Under the pieces are notes generated by a model. The model made no database searches and was not told the DNA's origin. It saw nothing but the letters and a program-made list of their open reading frames with translations. Positions 51,196 through 64,000 of a DNA stretch of 64,000 bases are shown one piece after another. The position numbers were made by a program, and so were the translations under genes. Origin of the DNA: Lytechinus pictus (Eukaryota); the NCBI RefSeq assembly GCF_037042905.1, contig NC_087245.1, positions 41,666,001 to 41,730,000 of the forward strand, in the 5' to 3' direction. How positions within the stretch are numbered: position 1 is the first letter of the stretch; the number at the start of each line of letters is the position of its first letter.

Positions 51196-54100
51196 CCCGA
51201 CACCAACATCATCACTTTTTCATAAAAAAACATACCAACAACATCAATGTCAGTAATCACAACAACAAAGACAACAACAGTATACGTAGTTTAGCCCCCC
51301 CCCCCACAACAACGGCATCCAATGCAAAAACAACGTCAACATAAACAAGCACCAACATCTACCTTTCAAAAAGTCATGGAAAAGGTGATGAAATAGTTAT
51401 ACTTTCATATTTTCATTTCACTAGTTTGAGATGCATGTATACAGGTTCTAACGATTATTTGAAACCGTCATTAAGACCCGACAATCATTTTCCCCCACTT
51501 TGCAAGAAGTGGAACGTTCGAACCAGTGCAGGGACAACCCTAAACAACGCTGGCTGCCAAATATGAAAATCATCCATGACCTTGAATGCATATGATAGCC
51601 GACTGTCAATGCAACGACGTCGCCATGTGTATATAGCACGGTAGCTATTTCTGCGATGGTTAATGCACATAAATAGATTGCTTGACTTACAATGTGCGTG
51701 TTAACGCAGCTAAACTCGGGATTATCTAATTAATTCAATGAGAGCTTAATTCAATGGTGTTTGCGACGCAAACACGAAATGCTTCAGCGACTTATAATGT
51801 AGGTATTAAAAAAAAATCGATTTCTTTGTTTAGCTCAGTAACCGTTTGTATCCAAGAGTTTGAACCTCACAGTTTCTCCACATAATGACGAGTTCAAACC
51901 CGGGTTCAAAGTGTTCGATATGTTGATGCTACTACGGTCATACCAATGTAACTGACTCCAGACCGATCAAAGCTATTACGTTATCACCAATAACACACTA
52001 TCGGTCGGATTGGAGTCGATGTCGTGTGTGTGACAAAGACCGTACGTAGCTTTAAACTCTTCTTGGCGGGAACAATTTCCTCTTTTGCGAAAGAGGATAA
52101 AAAATGATTCTAAAATCACACATTTGCTTCGAGAAGTAGATGATTAGGCATCTATATAGCAAGATTGTTAAATATTTCATTGGTTGTAGACTTGTAGCAA
52201 CATGTGATTTGATGATTACATAACATCGTGACATAATTATGAGGAATATTTACATAATAAGTGGTACCCTAGGCACGCGAGGTGCATGATTATAAATCTT
52301 CAGTGGAAATTTGCAGGTATTTCTTAAAGCTATTACTAGTATTAGATATATTTTCTGCTAGCTGGGGATGGAGAGGGGGGGGGGGGCAAATTGTGAAATG
52401 TTACATAATAATTACAACCAGTACCAATACTGTAACACGTGTACAACGATCGTGACTAAAAAAACACCTGATATAATATAGGGTCCATGACATTTGCTCC
52501 GGCGACAACTGCTCTGATGAAAGATCCGCACGGAATATGCCAAATATAAAACTTAACTTCCAAAACTAAATAAACACTTATCCTACCTAATCTTTATATT
52601 ATTCTGAACCAAAACCTCTAAGCCCCATGCTCTATGAGATAATAGGACCGGAGCAAATTTCGCAGGAGTATTTGTGTATTTTTTATAGAATAAATGCAGA
52701 TTCGACCTCTTTTCAGGAAAACACGTTTCATCACAACTTTCATTTCAACAACGCCCCTGGACTTTGGGGAATAAAATGTTCTGAAATGAGAAAGCGATGA
52801 ATGAATTTGATCTGACAGCGGATGTATACTTGGGTCGATGAAGTAGTTATTTGATTATTTTTTAGGAAACACTTGAAGAGTGAGAAGATGGCAAGAATCG
52901 AGACATTAATGTTCCCTCTCAACTAAACCCGTTTGAGAATTAAGATTCATCATTTCTTCCCGGGGGCGAGTCTGTTTGACAGGATATATTGTTTGATCTA
53001 TCATGTCTATGGAGATTGTCTGTAAAATGAATAATCCAGATAACCTCGAGATGTTTAAAGAATGAATGGGATTGTTTTAGTGTCTTCGAAAATAAAAGGC
53101 ATATAAAAATCAAAACATATACATTTTGCTTTATTTTAGGACATGAGCATTTCATTTGGAAATGGGCATTTCATTTGGAAATGGGCATTAAGGCTTTTAA
53201 AGCCTTTCTAAAGTTTCGTTGAATACTATTTGGTCTCCTGGATTACATCTGATTATGGTTATAACATTAAAAACTCACACAAATATATATGGTGACCATT
53301 TGGACGTATTGACTTTCTATGAAAATGTTAGGTGATGTTGTGCCCCTATCCCGTCTCTCTGATATGGCCTTCAATTTATTCTATGTAAAAAAGTCATGCG
53401 CGAAGATTTGTGAAATTTCGTCCCTGTGCCCAATGCTTGAAAATCTCTTTTTTTTATAATTCCAAAAGGAAAACGCGGTAAAAAGTGAAAGACTGGACTT
53501 CTTAAATCCCCTTTTTTCTCGTTGTAAATGCTACAAGATTTTACAACAGGTTAGATAACCTCTTGCAAGAAAAAAGTGTGCTTTATGATATAGGCCTATA
53601 GGGTTTATAATCTTTCATTTCATTACTTTTTTATTCGAGAACGAATAATCTTTAGATTTGTCAAATTTTGATCAAAGCTTTTAGCGACATTTGTTATAGG
53701 GTGATTCAGAATAACGTATTGTTCCCCTTTGTTAGTTTCATCACTTCATCATAATGTCTTTATGCTCACAATTTCGCACGGCCATAAACATGATAAAGGA
53801 CTGCAATCTAAATAGTTCAAAAATTATGGTAGTCGGATAGTTTAAATTTTGTTTTGTATATTTGTCACTAATATGATGCTTTCACTTATTGCTTTCTTTA
53901 TTTTTGTTTACGTCGAAACTGTATATTGGCTCACAAATTTTCATTTTTATAGTCTCTTTCCTTGTAGCGTTACCCAGTAAAAACTCTCCATTGAATTTTA
54001 TTCAACGCTTTAATAATTAAAATATAGTTCAAACAAATCAATATAACAATAATTAAATGTTGTTTCATCTTTTAAACTTAAAGACTTGTATAAACTGTTA

Positions 54101-57100
54101 AATAACAACTGATCATAGTTAAAATGGTAGAATAGATAATATTAATCATCGTGTTTATTTTGTACAACTCTCGTCTAAATGCACATCAGATAGTTCATAT
54201 GCAGGATGAGTTTTTCAGTCAATGTATCTGTGTTATACCGGTATTATGGCGTATTTATAACACGAATGTTACTTAGAGATATCCCTTGTGTCATACCCGG
54301 TTATGACTGTCAATATATTATGCTTCCTGCCCCCAAACATGCTAAATAAACTTCACGTTTAGGCGAGTCATGCAAGGGCGCGGTGGTCCTTCATGAACCA
54401 GGAATATATACCCTTTCTATTTTACCGAGGCAGAGACGGATGGGGGGGGGGGGGCGTCTATATCCGTAATCATGATGATCATCATTTATAGGTTTAGAAA
54501 AAAAATATTCTTGGAATCGAATACAGTAATTTTGTCCAACGTAACTGTTAAGTAATTTCTGACGTCTTTATTCAGTCGCTTATATTTCACTGTAGAATAT
54601 GTTTTTTCAATATTAAATGAAATGAATAAAAGTAAAACATTTAAGAAAAAACGACCGGAAGTACCCCTTTCCCAGCCTCTTGAAGCCGTGCTTCCATTAA
54701 AATTCCTTCGCGCGCTCTTTCTAGCACCTCGTGTCAAATCGGAGGACAGTGCTACTTCAAATTAAGATGATACAGGAGAAAATATTTAGGTGAAGAATAA
54801 ACACGTCTCGGAAAATGATAAAGAAATTATTGACAGATACTCGAAAAAATAAGCTACACAACATCTTTCGTTTCCTTGTTCTCATGAAATGATCCCGTTC
54901 TCGCTTGAAAAATTTAGTAAGTTTAAACGTGTTAAAGAGTGAATCAAAATTCCTTGAATGTGATTGACCTTTTATCATTGTAACTTTTGACTTATATTTC
55001 TAACTAAAACCATGTTCCGAGATTCTGTCCTCAGTGTCTAGCTTGTCATGACAGTTCTGTGTCAGCGGCGGATCTAATATTGACCAGGGAGGGGGGCTCT
55101 GTTTTTCAAAAATCCGCTGATAAGCATAAAAACAAGATGTCGAAGGAAACCACTTTTTTCGTTTTTCCCGTCGACCCCCCCCCCACCTCCTTTACGCCAG
55201 GGCCAAAATAATTTGTACACATCTGTTCTATTATCTTCGAAATATATTTTTTTCTCAGGAAGAGAAGGGGGTAGTCCTTTGGATCTGTGACTTTAGACTG
55301 GAATATATTGGAAATGTAGTTTTTCAGTATAAAAATCCCCATTGTACTTTAAACCATGGACCTGTAGGTACACGTTCTAATTAACCAAGCTCTCATCTTC
55401 CCGTTTCACGAGCTAATTTATATTAATGGCACCAAACTCCCTCCCCTTTGAAAGTTAAGACCTTTTTTTTTCTTGTCAAAAATTTTCGTGGACAAAATGT
55501 CCTTATTTTGAGTTGAAAACCCTTTTAAAAATATTTTTCTTGCTTGTCAAATTTTTGCTCGGGAAAATGTGCCCCCCTCCTTTTGAAAAATCCTGGATCC
55601 GCCCCTGACTATGATTCATGTACAGCAGGATTCATCTAATTATCACTCCTATTGTTAACATATTTACAAGTTATTGACTTTGAATTTTGCCGAAAAATCC
55701 CTGACTCAGTGAAGCTTGATTTTATAATTAGCATCAATTTGATCATAATTATACAGAAGAGAGGTAACGCACGTCGTCTACGGTTTTTATTTAACATTTG
55801 GTTGGCAAGCTAATAAAGGGTACATAATCACCCAAGAAGTTTCGTTTTCTAGATAATTGTACCAAGAAGACCGCTAATATTAAATTAGTTTTTTTTCTTT
55901 CCATTTCCAAGGGGGTTTTCCCCAAGCGCGTTCATAAGCCGAAAATAAGGGAGTTTTGGAAACCACCATACAGACGCTTTCTGGAACTTAAAGGAGAATC
56001 TGTTGTCCAATAAAACCCTCCGTGACAATGCAGTCTTTGTCGAAAATAGGTGAATCAAAACGACATATTTGCAATTTTTCGAATTCCGAAACTTAGGAGG
56101 GTCTGCTGCCCCGGTTCACTCATTTTCGACAAAGACCTCTCAGCTGTTCATTGTAAATTGACGGCCACTTTCATTACATTCACTTTGTTCTAAAATCCGC
56201 CCCCGTTGCTTGCGAAAACTCGTTAATGTGTTCCGCGCTATTCGACGAAGATCAAAATTGTACCGCTAACGATATAACACACGCGTGACAAGTAGCCTAT
56301 ACGATTGAAATTATATCTAAGAAATGGTTAATTAAGAAAAACAGCGACCCCTTTTCCAAAAAAAAGTGAAAGTATTTTTTTTATAAGAGGAGAAGAATAA
56401 GCGCTTTCCACATATCAAGCTATCGTTCGGTGCAGAGTGGCGGGACCACAATGTTGATGATTTGTTAATAAAGTTATATTTAGTAACCAGCTAGTGTAAT
56501 TATAACATGGATAATGAAATTACCGGAGTATGCGTGACGGAGAGTGAACATTAACTCGCAAAACAGCTTTGAAATCTTAAAATAGATCAAGCTGTTCTTC
56601 ACAGGCCGCGAGGATCGGGGGTCCCCCGTTTTGCTTTTTGTTCTGTTTATCAAGCGATTCGCAGTAAATCGATACACTTTCTGCGGTATACTTCTGATCA
56701 TTTTATTGAAATCTTCGATCTAGTTTCTGAACATGAAACCCATTGATCATGTTTATAGACCCCCCCCCCTTATATGGGGTAACAAAAGGGTGTGATTTTT
56801 ACGACCTCTCTCGCTATCAATTCACTGTTCAGAGATTACCACCATCTAGTGCTCGTGTTGATTTAGAATTTTCTTTCGTTTGACAGCTTTGAATAAGAGC
56901 AGGCTTTCAATTCAATTCAATGATTGCGGGATCGAATTGCAGTCAAATCCTCGGTAGTCCCAATAGAGGCTCGGTTACCATTATGAAAAACAGTGTAATG
57001 AGCAAATAAATAGATAAATAAATAAATAAAAATGAAATTAAAAGATAAAAAAAAGGAGGGGACCAGACATGGCGTTCGGACAAAGTTTCTTAAAAATCTG

Positions 57101-60100
57101 CGAGCGAGCGAAGCGAACCAGCAAAAATTTTGATACAAAAATATAATTTTCTGATAGACTTTTACCTATTATTTAGAATATTCTATCATAATTCACATTT
57201 TCCGTTCATTTTCTTCCCTTTTCTCCTTTTTTCCTTATTCGTGATTTTTTTTATTCTTATCTATTTATTTATTTTTATCTTTTTATTTATTTATTTATTT
57301 TATTTATTTATTTTTTAAATATTTTTTTTGGGGGGTTCCATGGCCCTCAAGTCCACCCATCCTTACGCCACTTATTGATTGCACAGGGTTGAAAATGAAC
57401 CCTTGGCATCGTCATGACCGTAGTAAAATGTTTCTTTCTATGGCAATCATGGTAATGGCCAATGAAGATAAGTGTTGCATGCGCATATTTTTAGATAGCA
57501 ACTGTCAACCAATGAGAATCGTCGTCTTATTGCGCTTCATCTCATGTATCCTTTTTTTATCCTGTTTGATTTTTTCCCTCTCTTTTAGATTCACAGCAAC
57601 CCAAAGTTGGGGTAGACTTGGTAAAAGTCAATTGTTGAATATACATGTATATATAAACAATATATATATTGAGATTGCCCATCATATTATTGCCCCGCAT
57701 ATTGCTGAATATTACGATTTAATTTTTACATTCATTTAGGTTTGAAAGGATGAAATGAATTATGGTGTGCGGTCTATACTTCCCATGGCTATGCACTCGG
57801 AACAATCTGATATAAATCATATATTGATAAATAAATACACGTATTTCGACATCTGGTGTGAATTTATCTGGAGTTATAAATCTGTCCGGAGGGTCACCGA
57901 GGAAAGAAGGATTGGATGAATAAGGGAGAAATCTAGCTATTTTAAGTAACCCATCTAGCTATTTTAAGCAACTCAACAAACCCAACAATTGACCTTTAAC
58001 TTCATATAGGTGCATAGATCACTTCGTGTGCTTGTTATGTTCGTGGATGAAGTTTAAAACGCATGAATTTTGTTTGAATTTCGTTTGAAACTTAAAATCA
58101 TCTTTTTTTTATTTGAATAATAATTTATTTCAGGCAAATGAGACTTACAAATGCAAAGTATTAGAAATATAGCATCTATCAGTGGCCCAGGGGAGTGAAA
58201 AGATATTACAGAAATCTAGCTCCTCTTCTGGAGGTTCACTATAGTCGGTTGTTACCTATAACTGTGGTTACTATGGCGACATACAAAACATGTGCAAAAA
58301 CTAAAACCCCAAATATTATATGTACGTATATGAATTTATTTTAAAAATCAACAAATTAAAACAAATCGATTTATTTTAACTCGGCAGTAAGGTTTAGACT
58401 TGTAATCTCATCAGACATGTCAGAAAGTTGAATTTTAATATATCCAGCCATCCACATCGCAGACAATTTTGATCCCATGATAAATAAAAAAAACATAACA
58501 ACAACAACATCAGCAACAACGATTTCATAGTCATACCACTTGGTAGTAAACACGGTTATCATGAACGTAAGATATATATTTTTAGTTTGATTACTGATGT
58601 GTAATATGTATATAGGCCCTATTATATGCGGGTATTTCAATTCTATTTCTAAACATTTCGTTTAATGTGACGTCAGTACTGGAGTAAAGTTTAATGAATT
58701 GAAAAAAATCAGGCGTTGATGCAATGGTTTCAAAAAAAAAAAAAGTTTAGGACAATGAGCACCGAAAAGTGGACCTGTGCGCTATACAAGGCAGTAGCCA
58801 CCATTATTATTAAAGTGATTCAGTGAGGCATAAATAATAATAATACAAAAACAAACGAGCACATCATGTACACACTGAATCGCATGTTTAAGCTAATCAA
58901 TAATCGAAGTGTTTTTTTACCTTTTCGTCAGGAGTACAACACATATATTGCTACACTAAAGTGTAATTCATTTTAATTCACAAAAGGTGTTATTTCTTGG
59001 GATATACACTCTTAAAATAGTTGGGAAAAATGCCTTACTTCTAACCAACCCTGGGCAACATACTGTCCACACAACTATTTGTTAAAATCTGTCCAAATTG
59101 GGAAATAAAAACTAATAATTGGGTAATAAATTTACTCAATTGGGTAATAATTGCCGAGAATATATATCTTTTTTACCAACATACATTACCCAACACTGTG
59201 GACAGTTTGCTGTCCAGCATTTTAAGAATTTCCTATAATATCATGTCCGGCTTGACTAGTTTCGTGATCACGTGTTTTGCAATGCGTCGTTCGAGCAGGG
59301 TCGAATGTTCGACCTCGGAGGTAATGCAGATTAAAATCTGGAATGGGCGGGATTTGAAAAATATAATAAAATGCCCCAAGTCAGGCTTTATACCACGTCA
59401 CAGTCAGATTTAGATGACATATATTGATAGAGTCATTTATGGTGATATATATGATCTACTTTTGTAATAAACTGTTCTTAGAATGAGATAATACAAGCGA
59501 ATCTCCATTCAATGTTGTTGATATTAAACTATCTGACCATGTGGGCATAAGTATAGCTCCATAGAACGACATATACATTTCATTGCGGGCATCGGAGGTC
59601 TATTTATGAATACGTAGATTTGGTGATGTCGTTTTAGAGTATATCAAAACTGGTATGAATTAAAAAAGAGAACATACATATGCTTTTGGGTTCATAAATT
59701 AATATAAAGGGAGTGAACATGGTGAATGAATAAGCAAATGAATACTCATGCATTTTTATATTTTCAAGTGAAATTTATTTTGCGAAAAAGATCAATCTAT
59801 TTCGCTAAGTAAAATATCAAGTGCATAAAAGAATTCAATGGTTTTGTAAAATGTATATCAGTTGGAGTGAAATTTATTAAAATTTTCCCACATGGCGTGC
59901 CATATGTTTGTGTTTACATCGAGCTGCAGTCGAGTCGTTTCTTGGCAACAATCACCCCTTCCCATATGGGGAAAGACCCCCGCTTATTAACCTATCCATT
60001 GTTCCGTCTATCACAGCGATTGTGGTCATGTTCCTGGTCATGATGACCACAAAATAAATTCCAGATACTAAATTTCATATGCGGGACGTTATTCAGTTAC

Positions 60101-60299
60101 TTTTTAATTCTAACCCATGTGATGATTCCTCGTGATAAGTTGATCACTAGGGAATGGTTATAATCAAAGCCATCCGTCCCAAACTCTTGTATTTTTTTTT
60201 TATAAATCAAACGTTAATATCATGTGACGTACACTTACATTTCTTTCGTTTTCCTGTTGATCAGCGAGGTCCGTTTGTGAGTACTGGGGCTGGATTCTG

Positions 60300-60616
60300 G
60301 AGACCTTTAATCTCTCTTTTTCTTATTTCCTTTTATATTTTAATTTCCCCCTATTTCTTGTTAATTAAACTGGTTTATGCTCAAGTTGTTATTTTGATTT
60401 TTATATACTATGTAACTACAAGAATATTTATTAGGAGGCGGCACTCTACAAGCTCCGCTTTTTAGCAGCCTCCTCCATTTCCAACCTAATATGTAATAAT
60501 CTTGAATATAACTTTTTGTACAGGGAATCTTGAAATATGTTTTGTTATTTGTATATCAAAATGTACAAAACAAACTGTAATTGTTGAAAAGGGAAATAAA
60601 CGAAATGAAATGAAAT
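60300..60616 (+). mobile_element. Probable LINE 3'UTR remnant
   Basis: Hairpin ggaggcggc..gcagcctcc, then aataaa and a (GAAAT)n tail, as in 11370-11555. Confidence 0.45.
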
Positions 60617-63351
60617 TTATTTGAGAATGGCATATTGCATATTATAGGCATATTCATACCAATTACGGTAATAAAGCTGAATCTAAGGAAACTGCCATCT
60701 GCACCCTTCTATTTAAATGATATTTTCTATTTTCTACTTAATTTCAAAGGCCTGCACCCATCAACTGCAATTTAATTCATTTAGACCACTAATCTGGATA
60801 CTCAGTAAGGTTCCAGATCAGTGACTTCTCTTTCAACTCCCAAAGATTGTCGAGTGTCTTGCCCCCGTCTCCAATTCAACCGTCACGTTTGTGCAACTGT
60901 TTGCCTGCAATTTCCGTATGCATCACGCGTAGCGCATTGCGTGCATGATGTCACGCTTGAATGTTCGGAAACGCAAGATTGACACTTTCCTCCTCTTTGA
61001 CAAAATGGAATGAAGTCACGTGCCAATGTGATACCCCTTCATGAACTCATAGCCTTGCCGCATGAAACATATAAAAGTGGGCCTACTTTGTGTGCGTGTT
61101 TTTTTTTTTTTATTATTTAGCCTATATGAGCTGTCACAAAAAACACCTCGAGCAACCTATATACAGAGTGGATATGGCGCGATATAAGTCCAATTATTAT
61201 TAATAATATTGATTGATTGATACTTTCCACTATTCATAACTTTGCTTTTTCCATCTTTTTTTTTTTTTTGGGGGGGGGGTTAATACCCGAGTTTCTTCTT
61301 CGTCAGGTTGCATTGAACATCATTTTTGTTGAAAAATGAATCATCTTGATGACATTTTTATTCTTGTTTACATGAAAGCACTTTCATAAGCTCATTTAGC
61401 CACATGACAGTGTCTTCATGATTGAAGACGACATTTTTTGAGGAACGAGGAATATAGGAACAATGTGCAGGTGATAAGTGATATCATGTCATCTAAGACC
61501 ACATGTCATTTTTGGCAAAAATATACTTGGCTAGAAAATAATATTGCACGAAATGCGTGCATCTAGATTCTCGATATACATTAGATCACCCAGGCCTTCA
61601 TCAGAGTAGTAGGTACATGGTATATATACATGGTATAAGCACAATCTAAAACAAATTGGGTAAAAATGCTCCATGAGGGTAATTATGTGTCCAACCAACA
61701 TTGGGCATTTCTTTTGGGCATTTTTATTTATCCAATGTGATGAAAATTTTGCCCATTCTAAAGTAATTGCTGCTTATTTTTTTTAACCTTACTGGACAAT
61801 ATGCTTATCGCATTGGGTAAAATACTGCCCCAAATTGGTTGGACATAATTATAATACCCTCGTGCTAGTTAAAATTTTACCCAATATCTCCTTGATTTTA
61901 CAGCGCAGGGAATTGGGATTAACTCCCTGGTATAAGTAAGGACTCTTTCATAATATTTTGACCTTCGAATGGGGATGAATAATTCGACTTAACAACACCT
62001 CTAAATACAATATCCATGATTCGATCTAGTATAACTTGCGTAAGCCCTCAAATCTTTGTTATTGTGAAAGCACGTGTATGTACATGTTGTTTTCTCCCTT
62101 TTATCTTTTTTATTAAAAGATAAGCAATTCAGGCGAGGACATTCAGGAGGCCATGGACCCTCGAATTTTCACGACTAAGAAGACAAATCAGCAACAACAA
62201 AAAAAGAAAAAATGTAAAATAAAGATACTATTTTCTAAATTTCATATTAAAATCTACATATTGAAAAAGAAAGATTTTGTATTGAAATTTATTTCTGTTC
62301 GTTGGCTTCACTCACTCGCATTTTTTAAAAAATATTAATTTTGCCCCACACGCCATGTATGGCCCATAAAGTTTGTTTGTCTCATTACGGTACTGCCCCA
62401 CCCCGGTTGTGATATGTGATAATACTTGACCTGTAATAACTCCCCCCCCCCCATTTTTCATTCTATTTTAGTTTTAAAATTGTTTGTCTCATCAAAGAGG
62501 TATAAATCGCAACAGTACAAATCAGTGGTGTTAAGAGCAACAAAAAAAGAACGGGGGGGGGGGGGGGTAACATGGTTACTGTGACAATATTTTTTTAACA
62601 TGCGAAGTGAGCGAGCTTAAATTGTGATCGTTTTAAAATGAGAATCTCATTTGGGAAAAGACTTTGGCATTAAATGCAAAAAATAATATCACATCTTATT
62701 TATTTCCTTTCTCCTTTTTTCCCTTGGTTATGGAACGTTTTTTTTTTTTTTTTTTTTTTTTGGGGGGGGGGGGGGAATCCCCAAGACCCCCTATAAGCCA
62801 GTGGTACCAATTTTAATGCAACTTTTACGATTACGTCACGACGTTTGGCCGGAGGGGGGGGGGTAGGTAATCTAAAGGGGGGTTAGTAATTGGTTTATCG
62901 CACCCCCCCCCTCCCCGTCACCTATCCCTACACCTTTCTCTAATTGTTGAGGAGTATGGTTGGTTCAATGCCAAGATGGTATTATCAATTGATCAGCGAC
63001 AGCTACATTGTCATGATAACTTCCTCTCCTTCAGAAGTTATGGGGGCCCTGGCCGGTGGCACCTATCAAGGAGCCAACGTCCGTTTCCGCAGCTAGGCTG
63101 CCCATCTATCCTTGAGGAATCTTATTACGTAACATTTTGTTGTGGATTGACCAATCTGAACAACAAAATGAATTCATGAATATTCTGAAGTACGGTAGGA
63201 GAAGGAAGAGGGATTACGATGCCGCCCCCGAGACCCCCTTTTTTTGTAATTTTTGTTTTGGAGGAGAAAGGAGAACCCCCTCACTCCCTTCCCTCTGGTC
63301 AAACCTTGATCCGCCCTTGTTCCCAAAGTTGTAAAAAATTGTAATGATTAA

Positions 63352-63728
63352 AGGTATTGTTTAACTTTGTGAGCAGCCGATTTAAACAATTATCAAACCA
63401 AGATGAAACATGTGTACAAGTATATGTATTAGAACTAATAAACCCTGAAAACAACCATTATTGAGAATGAAAAGCTAAAACTACAAGGCAAACCCCGAAT
63501 TTGTAAATAGGCGTCTTATAGACGCCTAAATAGTACACATAAGTGTATGGGATGAAATTAAGATGGTGTTTTCGGTCACTTTATATTTCAATTTTTGAAG
63601 CACTTAATAATTATTTTCGAACGCAATTTTTTCTGGGCTTCATTTTTGTAACATATCACAGACACAGGTGACAAGTGTGACCTTCTAGCTCAGATTTTTT
63701 TAAAGTCAACCAATGTTAACCAATCACT
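63352..63728. mobile_element. Kolobok-like MITE
   Basis: TTAA|aggtattgtttaac ... gttaaccaatcact|TTAA (imperfect TIR). Confidence 0.55.
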
Positions 63729-64000
63729 TTAAGCAAGATTCATTATTTTTCATGAATTTTGTTAATGAGACTCAACTGAAAGTTGAAAGATAGCACTTGT
63801 ATGATATTCTGTTGCAGGGGACGATACAAAATTATAAACTATCACCTTTTCAGGTATTTTTTTTCTTCAATGGAACGTGGAATTGACATGATTAAAGTGG
63901 TTTTGAAAAAGAAATGACTTCACCCTGAAATCGTCCTGCCCCTGTATCAAAATATCACTATGACGCCGCCCCTCTTTCAAGATTTGTCTATAGTTTTTTT

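Noticed and set aside
50904..64000. Next SLCO exon (TM1 onward), e.g. candidate acceptors near 57588 and 63034
   Set aside because: No frame gave OATP-like transmembrane sequence by eye. The exon is probably beyond the window, though a short exon could have been missed.

Overview
Eukaryotic (animal) genomic DNA: AT-rich, intron-rich and dense in transposons. The SINE/MITE repertoire looks echinoderm (sea-urchin-like), which is inference only. Two spliced + strand genes are supported. (1) The 3' part of CtIP/RBBP8, as four coding exons (313-2620, 4828-4933, 16294-16441, 19214-19326) with compatible GT-AG phases, ending in the Sae2/CtIP C-terminal domain (CxxC, RHR, CDK-site TP, FW..FP.T). (2) The 5' part of an SLCO/OATP organic anion transporter: exon 50281-50903 ends in CGWLFLRPKCLQ, with a probable in-frame upstream coding exon at 28482-28605; the transmembrane exons were not found and probably lie beyond the window. 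Most other sequence is non-autonomous DNA transposons (TTAA/Kolobok-like, piggyBac-like, Tc1/mariner, Harbinger-like, CMC-like, hAT-like, Helentron/HINE-like), tRNA-derived SINEs, 3' LINE fragments and microsatellites. Most short ORFs in the track are artefacts of these repeats. I see no prokaryotic-type system (no CRISPR array, operon or defence locus) and no clearly new biological system. The best leads are the CtIP motif architecture (including a TQ-to-TP change at the T859-equivalent site), a transposon carrying arrays of nuclear-receptor DR1 sites, and TCAT clusters downstream of both SLCO exons.
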